Positions 30,627-44,000 of a stretch of 64,000 nucleotides of DNA are shown piece after piece. The stretch comes from Utricularia gibba. Lineage: Eukaryota > Plantae > Magnoliophyta. The notes beneath the pieces are model-generated. The model had not been told where the DNA came from, did no database searches, and saw only the letters and a program-made list of their open reading frames with translations. The stretch covers positions 1,612,001-1,676,000 of the forward strand of contig CM007991.1 of assembly GCA_002189035.1 (NCBI GenBank). Direction: 5' to 3'. Every line of letters begins with the position of its first letter. The first letter of the stretch is position 1. A program made the position numbers and the translations under genes.

Positions 30627-31665
30627 CTACTTGATTGTGATGTAGCGGTTCGTGCCATGCTTCGCCCAGTGCGGTTTAAGGTCCACAGGATTGGATAGAT
30701 CATGGCCATCAGCTGCAAGCCTGCTGAGAAGCTTGCTGAATGCACTGCCGCTCATTTTGCGACCTCCCACTCGGGCATGTCTCTTGTTTGGAACAGCTGG
30801 TAGTGGATACATTGACAGATTTGTCGTGCAGCAAGATGATTGCCAGCCTCCATTTCCCCATTTGTAGCACGGCCTAAGAACTCCGGTGCATGAACAGACT
30901 GGAACAGGCATTGTCGTCTCGTCAAATGAAACCTGGTTCAAACTAAGGTCCTGCTCCTTCCATTGCTGCTTGGATGAGCCAACTTGCCTGTTGATATCAT
31001 CGTTGCCGCTGCCCGAATCCTGGACACTCTTCCAAAGCACCATTTTGCTATGATCCTCTGCCTCTTCTTTAACCCTTTTTGATGATTTGGAGGGCCTCCT
31101 TGAAGCAGTTGCAGACACAGGCTTAGTCTCCTTGGCACGCTTTGCACGATACGCCTTGGCAGGTTCAGGAGCAACAGCGGCTATCGTAACTTGATCAGCC
31201 AGATTCATGTCACCGGAATCATATGGTGGATCATGTGCCTGCGGCTGAGGATGGTGAAGAGTTGAGCAATCTGGCAGCCGATAGGACATTGAGATATGTT
31301 GCTTACGTTATTTTCACGGTACTGAAGGGCAGCAATAGCAGTATCCCTTTCTATTATGGCATTGTTCCGTTCTGCAATAGCTCTGTCTCTCTGCAGAAAA
31401 GCCAAGTCCCTCTCAGCAATGGCCGCTTTCTTCTCGGAAATAGCCAAGTTTCTCTCTTGGATAGCGGCATCTCTTTCGGCCATGACGCCCATTATATGCT
31501 TCATCGATGGCTGATGCTGCATTAGCCACTGAACACAGGAGCATTTGCAAAATCACTGATAGAAAACACTATAAATCACACTGAAACAAATAAGCTAAGC
31601 AAGATCTCTACTTGGCCCTGAGTGGGCTTTAGCCTTCCGTTTTCACGGTGCGCACCGTCATCCAT
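30627..31665 (-). CDS. BPC6: BASIC PENTACYSTEINE class II GAGA-binding factor (BPC6-like), 2 exons; apparent 1-nt deficit at about 31262
   Basis: Exon 1 [18 protein letters not shown] (31665-31612); alanine zipper [21 protein letters not shown]; C-terminal PVPVCSCTG...[16 protein letters not shown]...[13 protein letters not shown]. The two halves are in different frames. Confidence 0.92.
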
Positions 31666-32279
31666 AGGAGATCCTTGTGACAAGATAATCACAGCTTGAA
31701 CCTAACAGAGTACAAAGCAATTACAACAAACTGCAGGCAACCAGCTCCCATTCTATCTGGGAAAACTGATCTAAAGTAACAGACATGAAATAAACTTCTC
31801 CTTCACGTCCTATTTTCAAAGAAAGCCTTGAATTGCACAAGCTTTCATGTATTCCGTGCACATTGTATCATTTAGACATGAAATACACGAAACCCCAGAG
31901 ACAATGAAATGAAAAGAAAGAGCCAATATGAGCTAAGCTTGAATCTGATGCAGAGAAAATAAAGAGTGCCGCAGCCTCTTGAAGTTACTCAAATCTACAC
32001 TGTTTTCCCAACACAATTCAAGCAAAGGAACTGAGACGCAATCAATAATACCCGAATAGAGTAACGCCTAATTCAAGAACGAACAAGAAGAAATGGATCC
32101 AGAGTCGCCGCAAGCAGCTTTCAAAGCTAGTTAACCGCAATTCAAATCAATCTGTCAAGCACGCCACCAAGAATCTCCGAACAAATAGCTTCCATTGAGA
32201 AAAGAAATCGTGGAAACAACCACAAACGGCAGTCAACATACGAAATGGGAATGAAATTAGACAGGAGAAAAGCCAGCTG

Positions 32280-32438
32280 CTTTCAATCAAAGAACCCCGT
32301 GAAAATCTATTCAAGAAGAGTAGCAGCTCAATGATGAAGAGACCCAGTTACCACAAACCCCTTTCAATCAAAGAACGACACGAAAATCTATTCAAGAAGA
32401 GCAGTTCAATGACGAACAGACTCAATTACCACAAACCC
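32280..32438. repeat. Tandem duplication, period about 81 nt, two diverged copies
   Basis: CTTTCAATCAAAGAAC...GAAAATCTATTCAAGAAGAG...TTACCACAAACCC starts at both 32280 and 32361. Confidence 0.85.
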
Positions 32439-33387
32439 AGCTTCACTATTTCCCTTCTCTGGATATCTGCAAATTGCAGCAGCTTCCACAGACCAAATTT
32501 TTACTTCGGCGACATTGTAACTTTAAACGTTCCGTACCAAAAAATATTCATTTCTGCAACTTTAATAGTGGGAGTGGGTGGGGGAGTGTGACCTTTTTAC
32601 TCAACGGTGGAAATTGAAAAGGAAAATGCGGTGAACCCGAGCCGAGAGGGGGGAAGGACTCTTGTCCTTTAGCCCGCTGTTCAGAAAGCATTTCTTACTA
32701 GAAATGGATTACAGAGAACACAAACAAACACCCCCATTCTTCCTCCCAGACAAACCTTCCATACGACCATTTGCAAGGCCCCGTCACTGAATTGAATACA
32801 TTTGACAATTTCCTGTTGTCCTAACAATATATATGTAATTTACTTGTTATAAAATTTGTTTTGCAAAAGCCTTACATTGTAAAAATGTCATCTTGCAAAG
32901 TTAGCCCCCATTCACTCCTATTACTTTCACTTCAGGTTATGATGAAAGTGTTTGATGATCCTTGAGACAACTTTGATTACTTTTTGTTGTTTTTATAATG
33001 AAGTAATGTTTAGTCTAATTTTTAAGGTTCCCGGATTTACAGTTGTCGAGTAATCAGTATGAATTTGATAGTGGAGGATTGAAATTGACAAAAAGCTCAA
33101 AGGTATTGATCTTTGCCCCGGAAAACACAACAGCTCAAAAGTCAAAACTGGTCGGAGTTTGACCTCTGGGTGACCTTTTTGCATAGTGTTGCACGTAAAG
33201 CCCTGAGTAAAAAACACAGTGGTTGGTTCTAATGTTGGCATCCTTATCTACTACCGAGTAGCAGCTTTGTGAGAAAAGTTGGCGGAATCCAATTATTCCA
33301 AAAGTTGTACCTTTATTTCCTTCTTCTTCTTCTTTATTCCTTTTAATTTGAAGTGGGCTAGTTGGGATTGCAGTTCTGAGACAGGAT

Positions 33388-34394
33388 ATGGCATCCAATT
33401 TTCTGCTTGCGGGTGTTTTTGTCCTGGATTTGATCGCCTTTTCGCTTGCTGTCGCAGCTGAGCACAAAAGATCTACTGTGAGTCCTGTCGACTTCTTGTC
33501 AGTTTGGGCTGTTTAAAGAGTGAAATGGGGTTGTTTTCAAGTAACAATTTTTCAAATGTCTTGTTTTTCAAACTTCTTCGTTCTTCTTGGGCACCCAGTT
33601 TTTTAGATTACTAGCATAGACTTTTTCCATCCGTTTGATTGGGTAACTGAAGAAGAACGAATGAACTTGAGGCTTGACGCCTGCTGTGTCACTAAAGCTA
33701 ATAAAACACTGCTGTTTTGCTGATTTACTCCTTACAGAAATTCCTGTACTTGTCTCTTCTTGTCCTGAGAGATACACTTTTAAGCATATGTCTTAATGCA
33801 ACTCCTTGTACTGAGTTTTCCCTCCCATTTCATCATTTCCGCAGGCAACAGTGAGGTACAATGAGAACCGGCAAGTCTGTAACTATACCTCAAAAGTATC
33901 TTCAGGCTTGGGCTTATCCTCATTTGTGTTAGTTTTAGCTGCTCAAGTACTGATAATGACTGCTACTAAGTGCTTATGCTGTGGGAAAGCACTTCATCCC
34001 GGTCGACGCAGGGTCTGGTCCATTGTTTCTTTCATTACTTGTTGGTAAGTTATAATCCTTATCACACTGTGATTCATTATCCTCATACTTCAGTTGCTAG
34101 CTGCTTCATTTTGTCTGAAGTAAATGAATCTAATCTTTTAGGTTGACGTTTTTCATCGCGGTTGTGTGCTTGCTAGCTGCTTCTGTTCAAAATGCATATC
34201 GCAGTGATGAGATGACCACCGGTCCAAACCCCCCAAATTGCTACACAGTGCGGAGGGGAATCTTTGCAGCTGGAGCAGCCTTTATATTCTTCACTGGGAT
34301 TCTCTCTAGCCTGTTCTATGTGAACTATTCGAATGCTGATCATGACATCCCCACTCAAAGCAGAGATGCAGGCATCAGAATGGGGTCGATGTAG
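33388..34394 (+). CDS. DUF1218 family membrane protein (Fb34/MWL-like), 3 exons
   Basis: MASNFLLAGVFVLDLIAFSLAVAAEHKRST|...CNYTSKVSSGLGLSSF...AQVLIMTATKCLCCGK...FITCW|LTFFIAVVCLL...CYTVRRGIFAAGAAF; GT-AG boundaries are consistent. Confidence 0.87.
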
Positions 34395-34913
34395 CTGCTG
34401 AATGGAAGAAGAGGTAATCAATCTGGTTCAAGCTTCTTGAATTGAAATGTGTTGCTGTACAGTGTGTGCTCATGATGGTTTCCAGTTGTTCATAGCCTTT
34501 GTTGTGTATGATGCATATGTTGATAGGTTGATTAGAAGTGTGGATCCACATTGGCTCTTACACTCATTTATATCATCTCTGTATACTAACTGTTTCACTT
34601 GTGTGCACTGGTATCAGACGAGTGATTTGAAAACACTCTTCTTAAAATGCACAATCACATACCATCTGGATTGAAATACAGGAAGAGGGAGGTGTGTTAT
34701 TTCCAATTTCACTCTAACAGGAAGTTACAGAGGCACAAAAGAGAAGAACGAATGTGAACAATAAGAAAAAGGTCTGCAGAGTGCAACACTAGAAGATTTG
34801 GGGGCAAGCACGAACCTAAGGCATCATCCTCAGTAACAATGGTGTAGTAAGAAAACTAGATCCTGTACAGGAGCAAGCAAACTGACTGTAGTATTGCTCT
34901 GTTTTTTTTTTTT

Positions 34914-37900
34914 TTAAGGAATTCTACATGATTCTATCACTTCAAGAACGGCCGAGTGCGTCTCTGTGGAGATCATGTCCAGTGTCCGGTGGAACTCCTG
35001 CACAGACAATATTGGCCTTTCGCATTTCCCACCAAAATGAAAATACAAAACTCAACTTCACCCAACAAACTACTACACTGAGGACGGTAGCACATTATGA
35101 AACCATAGTATTCCTCCTAGTAGGAATGGTTAGGATGCTCGATAAAACTAAAGAAATATTGGAAGAAATACGTACCACGAATCTCTCTAAAACAGGAACG
35201 AGTATTCTTAAGTTGCGTTCTGGAAGATGCTCAGCAATTGAGTTGCGGACTTTTTTGCTAGTGAAGAGGACAAAGAAGAAAACATATGATATACTCAAGA
35301 CATTAAACAAAAGGACAAGGAGGGTTGGAAACAAGTTGAATACAATACCTTTCTGTTGAAAGGAATGCAAGCAGAAGTGCAGAATAAGCTTCTACTATCA
35401 TCTTCTCAGCTTCCTTCTCTCCTTGCAACAAGGAATCCTCATCCTCCTGCAACCAAATGCTGCACTACTTAACATAGATCAATGATGGGTAGTAATTGGC
35501 AGCACCCTAGAAAATTCAACTTGTGATCATTGACTTCGATCATTCTCTGACTTTCAACCATTATGGAGCTATGACTACAAGCTCCAGAATAGCAGATGCA
35601 GAAAACTTCGACCATTTTCCAACATTCAAGCGTGCATAAGGAACATGAGAAGCAAGTATATTTCCTCACCAACGAAAACGGTTTATCATCCTGACCAGCC
35701 TCACCACTGACACCCTGATTATTCAAAAATATTGAGCAAAGAAGAGAAATCACATCTACTTGATCCCCAGCGACTATGACTTCGTGCCTGGGTAATGAAA
35801 CCCTAGCTTTGGCAAGACTAGATCTGTTGAAATGACAGAAATCAGTTTTAAAAAACTCCTGGAAAGTAAAAAGGTACCGTTTATGAATAAGTTACCTATT
35901 GCAAATATCCTTTTCAACCAAATTCACTAGAGAGCCCAATATAGCAACGAGAAAGTCTAGCTGTTGATCAGTGAGATGTGAATTGATATGCCCATTAACA
36001 CTAGAACTAGACTTGGATGGCAAAGTACAAGGTTCCATGTCACTGAAATTTGGATTTGAGGAAGTAAATAATGGAAAATGACTAGCAACCAGTGAGCACA
36101 ATGTTTGTAATCCACCACAGGCCGCTATTTGTTTGCACCCCTCAGAATTTTCATTGGATAAGTTCATGAGAACCTGAAAAGAGATTAGCTATGAATATTT
36201 GATGACAGAAAAAAAGGACAGCAGAAGCACATATCTGTACTTGGTAAACTATTTTTTGGAAAGAGAAGATCCAAAGGAAAGATTACCGAGAGTTGTAGCA
36301 ACGAAAAGGTGTTTTAAGTTTCCACAAGGTACGGCATATAGCAGAACTTAAGATCAAGAATGCAAAGCCACATACAAGAGTTACCGCTTTTGAAAATTTG
36401 AACGTACCTTGACAGCTGTGAGAAGACAATCATCAAGATCGGAATTATTACTATAGCAAACTGAAGAACAACTGGTCTCTTGAGAATCAAGATGTTCCAT
36501 GCTTGATTTGAGTTCACTCTGAGTGAGTTGACTTGCGTAAACATCTTCTGATCTACGCATGCTTCCCCTTTTATCTCGCAAGAAAGATTTTTCTACACTT
36601 CCAGACATTAAATCCCACTTGGAAGGTTCAAACTCATCCTCATCAAATGCAAAGGGATCACTGATATCCTCTGATGTTCTATTGCATGTCATCATCTGTC
36701 TCTTCCCAGCAACAATTTCCATTTCCAATTCCTCATCAAGTCTAAGTCTGAAAGCATCTTCCGGATTCTGAGATGTTCCACTGCAAGATCCAGTTTGAGA
36801 GGATTCAATTCTGAGATTTACAATTTGAGAATCAGCAGGTAACCGAGACTGAATGCTTTGAGATACACTACAGCTTTTCTGAGAAGCTGATCCCAAGCTA
36901 CATATTCCTGAAACAATGTTCTCATGTGAAGAACAATTCAACTTGACATCTGCAGAATAATTTTGAATTTATTAGCAAGGAAGCACCTATAGCCCAATGA
37001 AACAGCCCTCATTTGGAATCGGAATATGCATCAACTAGAAACAATATAAAGTAGGAAATCTTATCTTTTACTTACCTGAGAGAATCTTAATCACACTCAG
37101 AATAAGTTTGACAAAAGTGCGTGGTGCTTTTTGCCCATTAAAAGACCCTCGCATACCAAGCAGGTGGCACTGTCATGAAAAATCAACTAAACATTAACGA
37201 GAAAAAACCTTGTGCAAGTTGAACGACAAAGCTGACGATGCAATTCAACTCCAAAGACGTTATACCTGATTATCTTTGCTAAGAAAGGTAGCATTTTCCA
37301 TTATTTTGAGGCATTTCAAAAGCAATAACAGACTCTGTAGCCAGCAAATATCGTTTGAATTGAGCGAGAAACTGGGATTCTTCTCTAGGAAATCCTGCTT
37401 TAACCACAGGCATCAAATTTACTCAACAGAAATATGGGTTGACACAAAAAACCACCTCAAGGGTGAAAAACGCCACATCAAGTTATCAAGTCAACAGTAC
37501 CGCACTAATATTCAGGATTCCCCATAAACAAACAAGACGATTCTGCTAGACAGCTAAAATGACATGATAAGTCACACGAACGGATAAAAAAGCAATATCC
37601 GCCATACATGCAATCATGTTTTGCATGATTTTTGAAAAAAAATATTCTTGCTTTTGAGAAGTAGATATCACAAACAGCTTAGATTCTACTTTGAATTGCA
37701 AAGATTATCAGAAAACGTGACTAGAAGTAAATGCAGACAGCCTTCTGTAACAAAAATAGGATAGCTAGGCGAGCAACACCAAACATAAAACATACAGCTT
37801 CACACCTCCAGTGTACAATGACATTTCCTTGCCACTTCAAAAACAGCCTCCAGCCCACCATACTGCCTCAGTTTCTCCTTGAAGTTACCCCCAGTTTTCC

Positions 37901-39543
37901 GTAAAGTGCAAGAGGTTTCTGATGAAGAAAATACCAAATATAAAATATGGAAAGAATAATAAGTGTATAATAAAAACTAGGTTTCTTTGAATAAAAATGA
38001 AAACTGTATAAAGCCTCCAGTTGAGACCACATTATTTGAGTTTTATACCTTCAATGGAGATTTTAGAAGAGCAGGCTTTCTCCATGATAAGTAGACTAAT
38101 CCACTTATGATTCAGTTCTGGTTCGTCACTGATTGCATCAACTCCTTTTCTTGGCTTCATTTCATTGCAGTTGGCAAGAATCTCCCGAACCTTGAGCATA
38201 ATTGCTACAGAGCTGGAATCTTTTTCCTTGGCTGAGTCTGGTAAAAAACCAGAAGTTTTGCACAAACCAAGAAGCTTGCTGCCAACTGGATGTGCTTTCT
38301 CCTTGATGGGTTTAGAAATAATAGGTATTAAAAAGTTTACCAAAAACCGAATGGAAGATGGTGAACCCAGGAGATTATCATCTTGACCCTGGAAAACAAA
38401 CTATGAGGACCAGGAAGCATAAATTACAAACACAAAACCACAGTAAAAATCTCACATCACATGTCAGGATGTAAAATAAAGCAGCTGCAGCAAGGTTACT
38501 GGAGGGGTCTTCAAGATTGAGTCCCATGATAGCATCAACGATATTTTTTGCCATCCTAAGAAGTGATGAATTAGACTGACTATAGTCATATATGGAAATT
38601 AGGTAATCCAACGTCAGCATTACTTTTGTCCCTACAATCTATGGTGCATCATACGTCTTGCAGAATGCTGAATAAACAATAATCTGCATGGAGCTTAAGA
38701 TTGTGAAAAAAAATTTCAAAAATTTTCACACTGCCTAAGAGCTTCTGTGTTTCTTAAAGCTTTTGATGGCTCAAAACCGTAAGGGATCAGAGGACAATAC
38801 CCATGTGTCCGCAAAAGCCTCCTTTGTTGCAATGTTACACAGTTTGACAACAATGACAGAAGGCTTGCTCTATGGACCCGAACTGGTTGCCCCTTCTTCA
38901 ATCCATCTAAGGCAAAATTTATCTCATCCAAACGCTCCATTGTTTCCCCACCCTCTTGAGTTTCCATCAATGTGCTGGTAAGTTCCAGATACACATCTTT
39001 CGACTTTGGTTTAACCCTCTTCTTCTTTTTCCTATGGAGCCCAACACTTCCCTCTCTAACACGCTTTTTACCATGCGCATTCAGAGCAGGCTCCAAGCGC
39101 CCCTTAGTACACTTCGACTCCAAAATTTCAAAGTCAGCCAACTCGTTCAACGATCTTGAGGCATCAAAGACAACATTTTTCGCTTTTCTTGATTGTTTGA
39201 AGCCTATAATTTCTACAGCCCCAAACTCCTGTTGTTCTCCTCCTGAACTTGAACAGTACGTCTCAGAATCCAAATCAATCACCTTACCCTTCTTCAAGTT
39301 CCAAACATCGACATCAAATTCTCTCCCTAGCTCTGGTTGCAGGAGCGTTCTTTCGCTCAATTCCTGAGAGGAATCAAAATTGTATGGATCATGCCAGCTC
39401 TCCTGGGACGGAAAAGAAAAATCGTAGGCATCCTGGGAGCAATCCTGCGATGAAGAATCCCGAGCCCCATTGCCAAATCTGCTCGGTGCCGTGCATCCTC
39501 TGCTTAACCCCCTTCCCCGACGGCCATAGGTTCTGTAAATCAT
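34914..39543 (-). CDS. WAPL: WINGS APART-LIKE cohesin release factor, multi-exon
   Basis: MIYRTYGRR start; TSTLMETQE..E.MERLDEINFALDGL; LAAAALFYILTCD; LLQGEKEAEKMIVEAYSALLLAFLSTES; LVPVLERFV|EFHRTLDMIS...VIESCRIP*. Confidence 0.92.
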
Positions 39544-41056
39544 AGCTTTTGCTGACAGGCAAAATCAAACCTTATCATTACAAAATTCAATCCGAGCTCC
39601 AGGAACAGCCCCAATTGTTGGAATCAAAAGAAAACACGCGGGCCCTTCTGATAGAAACCAAACAAGCCCAACCCGAATCAGCCGAAGCTATTGAAAATGA
39701 AATTGGGGAATTAGGTTATGCCCTAATTGACAACCAAGGCTGTTGAACTCTGGTCAGAAACTACAAAATGGGAAACGAAATCCTAGCCGTTCGCTTCTTC
39801 GGATAACGGAAATATACGCCGTTCGATTCTTTATTTCTCGCATTTTGTGTTTAATGAGTATAATTGTATTTAATCACTTATTAATGATAGAAATTAGCCT
39901 TAAAATTTCATATTTAAAAACTCGCACCATATTCATGGGTTGGGTAGATGAAAGCATTGTTTAAAAAATTGTGATTGAATCCACAAATCAACTTGATTAA
40001 ATTCGAATTTTTAAAAAATAATAAAAAAATAACAATAGTAATTCATAGTTATCATAATTTTACATTTTTTTATAAAGAAAATATCATTTTTTAAAGATTC
40101 AGTTACAATAAACTTTATTGTAAAAAATGTGTATTTATAGTTTTTTATTCCAAAAATTTACATGAACGTCATATTGTCCTTTTCCTCTTATCCCTCTAAA
40201 TTTGCTTCGTTGTTTTTCTATTTAAAGTATGCTATGTAATTTGAAATCATGTTTCATATTATATGAAATAAAATCAATTTTAAATTATGTGAATAAAATT
40301 AATTTTGAAACTATAAAATTATGTTATGATATAATATAAAATTATAGTATAGAATTTAACATTTTAAATTATATATTATAAAATTTAATAGATTACATTA
40401 TTATAAATCATAAAAACCAAAAAAATCAATAATTTTTAAAGTTAATATCAGAATCTTAATTTCTGATTTTAACGTCCAAAGATTAAAATCTATAGAATTA
40501 AATCAAATTACTTCAGTAAATAAATGAAACAGAGCAAACACTTAGTTCAATATTCTGGAATTCGAATCCTTTTGGAGATCCTTCCTAGACTCGGAAAGAT
40601 TGGGACGATTCTTGGGTCATATTTTTTTAAAACTATTTTAATGATGATAATGGTGACAATTTAATTGAGACCACAAACAGTAATTAATCATTTGCAAAAC
40701 GTTGAGTAAAAACTATTCCTTTTTTAGCAAATTCTAAAACTAATTTGAATTCTAAAAAAAATAAATTTCCGTTCCGTGTACGGTTTATAAGCCGGAGAGA
40801 TCTGATTCAGGCATCCTCTTATTCGTGGCCTGGATCTAGGGTTTCTCCGTTCTCATAATTCTCAGGCCAAAGTTTCATCCACAAAGCCCCGCGCACGAAT
40901 TTGAATCTAAAATCAGGAACTTCACTCCATCATCCCGATCTCGAATTGATTTTTTTTTTCTCCGACACTGACAAAGTGAAATTCGTAGTGGATTGGGTTT
41001 CAAGATTTACGCTTTTTTTGTTAATCCGCTCTCCGGGAGATAATTTGGAGAATTAA

Positions 41057-44000
41057 ATGAATCGAAAATTGGTTGTGGTGTACGAGGGAGGGAAGGTGCT
41101 GGGAGAGGCGGAGTTGCAGGCTGGTGAAGGTGGGGGTTTTCTGGGTGATCAGATAAAGGATGTTCGGATATCTCATTACTCTCAACCCAGCGAAAGGTGT
41201 CCTCCGCTGGCGGTCTTCCATACTATAAACTCCACCGGAATATGCTTCAAACTGGAATCTGCGGCCAAGACTATGGACTCGCCGCTATCGCTTATGCATG
41301 CAACCTGTCTCAAAGAGAACAAGGTATCAGAAACCACAAACCTAACCTCGCTTGAAATCAAACTCGATGGAGTTGAGAACCAGCTGCAAATTGATTCTGT
41401 TTTTAATGAATAGCCTGAGGTGGCTGGAGCTGAAAGTACTAATTCTTTTATATTAGCTGGACTCATTTTTGCTAAGATAACTGATTCCAAAGCCATTAAC
41501 TATAATGTCTTGATACATACACTTATAGTGGAGTGTTGATCTAGTTGGGAATTTATGGACAAAAATTTTCCACGCAAGTGAACTTTCGTTTGATGCTCAA
41601 GGAAATTTAAACTGATGAATTTGGATATTCCAGCGTTGAGCCATGGATTATGCTTCTGGAGGACCAGACCCTGGTTGTGGACCTTATATCCTTAGACATA
41701 AACAACGGATGTGTTTCTAATTGTGATTAATATTATTGGGAATTTCATGTTACATTTCGCATGCACATTTAGATATTCCAAGGTGCCTTCATGAATCAAA
41801 TTATACATGTTGAGTTGACCTTATTTTTGTTACTGAGGTACATTAAGAAGTTAGTTAGGCATGTGTACGTGTATATGTAAACAATTTAGTTTTCTGTATA
41901 TCCTGTATATATGAATTCCTGTTTCAGTGGTATTTGTTGTTAAGTCTTCTATGATAGCCTCCTTGTTATTGTCATGCGAATTTCCAAGTCTTGCTTCTGA
42001 ACTCTTTTTCTTACTGCAGACAGCAGTGTTGTCTGTTGGGGGAGTGGAAGTCCATTTGGTTGCCATGAAGTCTAGAAAGTATGATGAAGCTTGCTCTTGT
42101 TTTTGGGGATTCAGTGTGCCATCGGGCCTGTATAATTCTTGCCTTGCAATGCTGAACATGAGATGCCTAGGAATTGTGTTTGATCTTGATGAAACGCTAA
42201 TAGTTGCCAATACATTGCGCTCGTTCGAGGATAGAATTGATTCACTGCAGCGGAAGATGAGTTCTGAGTCTGATCCACAGCGAATCTCTACCATGGCTGC
42301 TGAGGTGAAACGTTACCAGGAAGACAAAAATATTTTGAAACAGTATGCAGAAACTGATCAGATTATTGACAATGGAAAAGTTTTCAAGGCACAATCTGAA
42401 GTCGTTCTTGCCATGTCAGATGATCAGCAAACCATAGTCCGCCCACTTATAAGACTGCAAGATAGAAATATAATCTTAACACGCATTAATCCATTGGTAA
42501 ATTATTCAACTCTATTCCTTTTCCAATCATTTTTTAATTTGGTCCAACTGGATCATGTTAGTGTGTACTGTCTGTAAATAGCTCTTGTCACCTATTCACT
42601 TCTTGCAACTCGGTGAATGCAATTTAGTTCTACGTCAATCTTGCATTATTCTACTCTCCATTTGGCATGTAACATTGAAGCTTTCTCAACATTTCAGATT
42701 CGTGATACTAGTGTTCTTGTGAGATTGAGACCAGCTTGGGAAGATCTCAGAAGCTATTTGACAGCCAAAGGTCGAAAGCGCTTTGAGGTTTTTGTTTGTA
42801 CAATGGCTGAAGGAGATTATGCTTTGGAGATGTGGAGGCTGTTGGATCCAGAATCTAATTTGATAAACCCACGGGATCTTCTGAGCCGCATTGTTTGTGT
42901 AAAGGCTGGTATGCTTTTAAAATTTTAAATACTTGCTGGGATTCATCCAGTCGTGGATGATTATTTACTTATTTATTTTTTCACTCCTTATAGGTTCTAG
43001 GAAATCATTGGTCAACGTTTTCCAAGATGGGATTTGTCTTCCGAAGATGGCTTTGGTGATTGACGATCGTGTAAAAGTATGGGATGAAATCGATCAACCA
43101 AGAGTGCATACTGTTCCCGCATTTACCCCATACTCTGCGCCTCAAGCTGAGGTAGATAATTCACTTTGAGTTCCTCATAATTTTTTTTTTTTTTTTCGGC
43201 ACAAGCATGCTCGAAGCTTATTTCCTGTAGGCCAATAGTGAGACGCCTGTCCTGTGTGTTGCAAGAAATGTAGCATGCAATGTAAGGGGCGGTTTTTTCA
43301 AGTAAGTCTGCTGCTACCTCTTACGAAAATGTGCCAAGATGTGTTTTTCTTTTGTGATGGAAGATCATAAGCCAGCATTTTTGTCACAGAGAGTTCGATG
43401 ATGGTCTAATGCCACGCATTTCAGAAGTTGCATTTGAAGATGATGCCAAAGACATACCACCTCCACCTGACGTGAGCAGCTACTTGGTTTCAGAGGTTAG
43501 TTTATATGATTCACTTTCTTAAACCCTTGGCATATTCATTAGCGTTATGCAAAAGAGCTGGCAATTATTTGGTGATGTAGATAATAAAAATCTTATGATC
43601 TCTTTTTTTTATCAACCTATTTTTGTATGCTGATGTGGAATACTTCAATTTTTATTCCTTAGGATGATCATTCAGTGTCTACTGGTGTCAAAGATGGCCT
43701 TGGATTTGATGGTGTGGTGGATAATGAAGTTGAAAAAAGATTAAAGGTAGAGGGCCTTCTTTTAGTCAATTGGATTTTTGCCTGTTGGTGATTAAAACAA
43801 TTATCCTTTCTCAGCTTGTGTATTTCAACGTGCTTGCTTATGATAATTCTCAAAATGTTTCTAGTTCTTCTAAAACTTCCTTGCATTATTGGAAGTTGTG
43901 CAATATTTTAGAAGTGGTTGCTTTCGGTTTAGTTACTCATTTATGTCTTTGGCACTTGTGTATTTCAGGAGGTGCTCTCAGCATCTGCTCTACCTGCACA

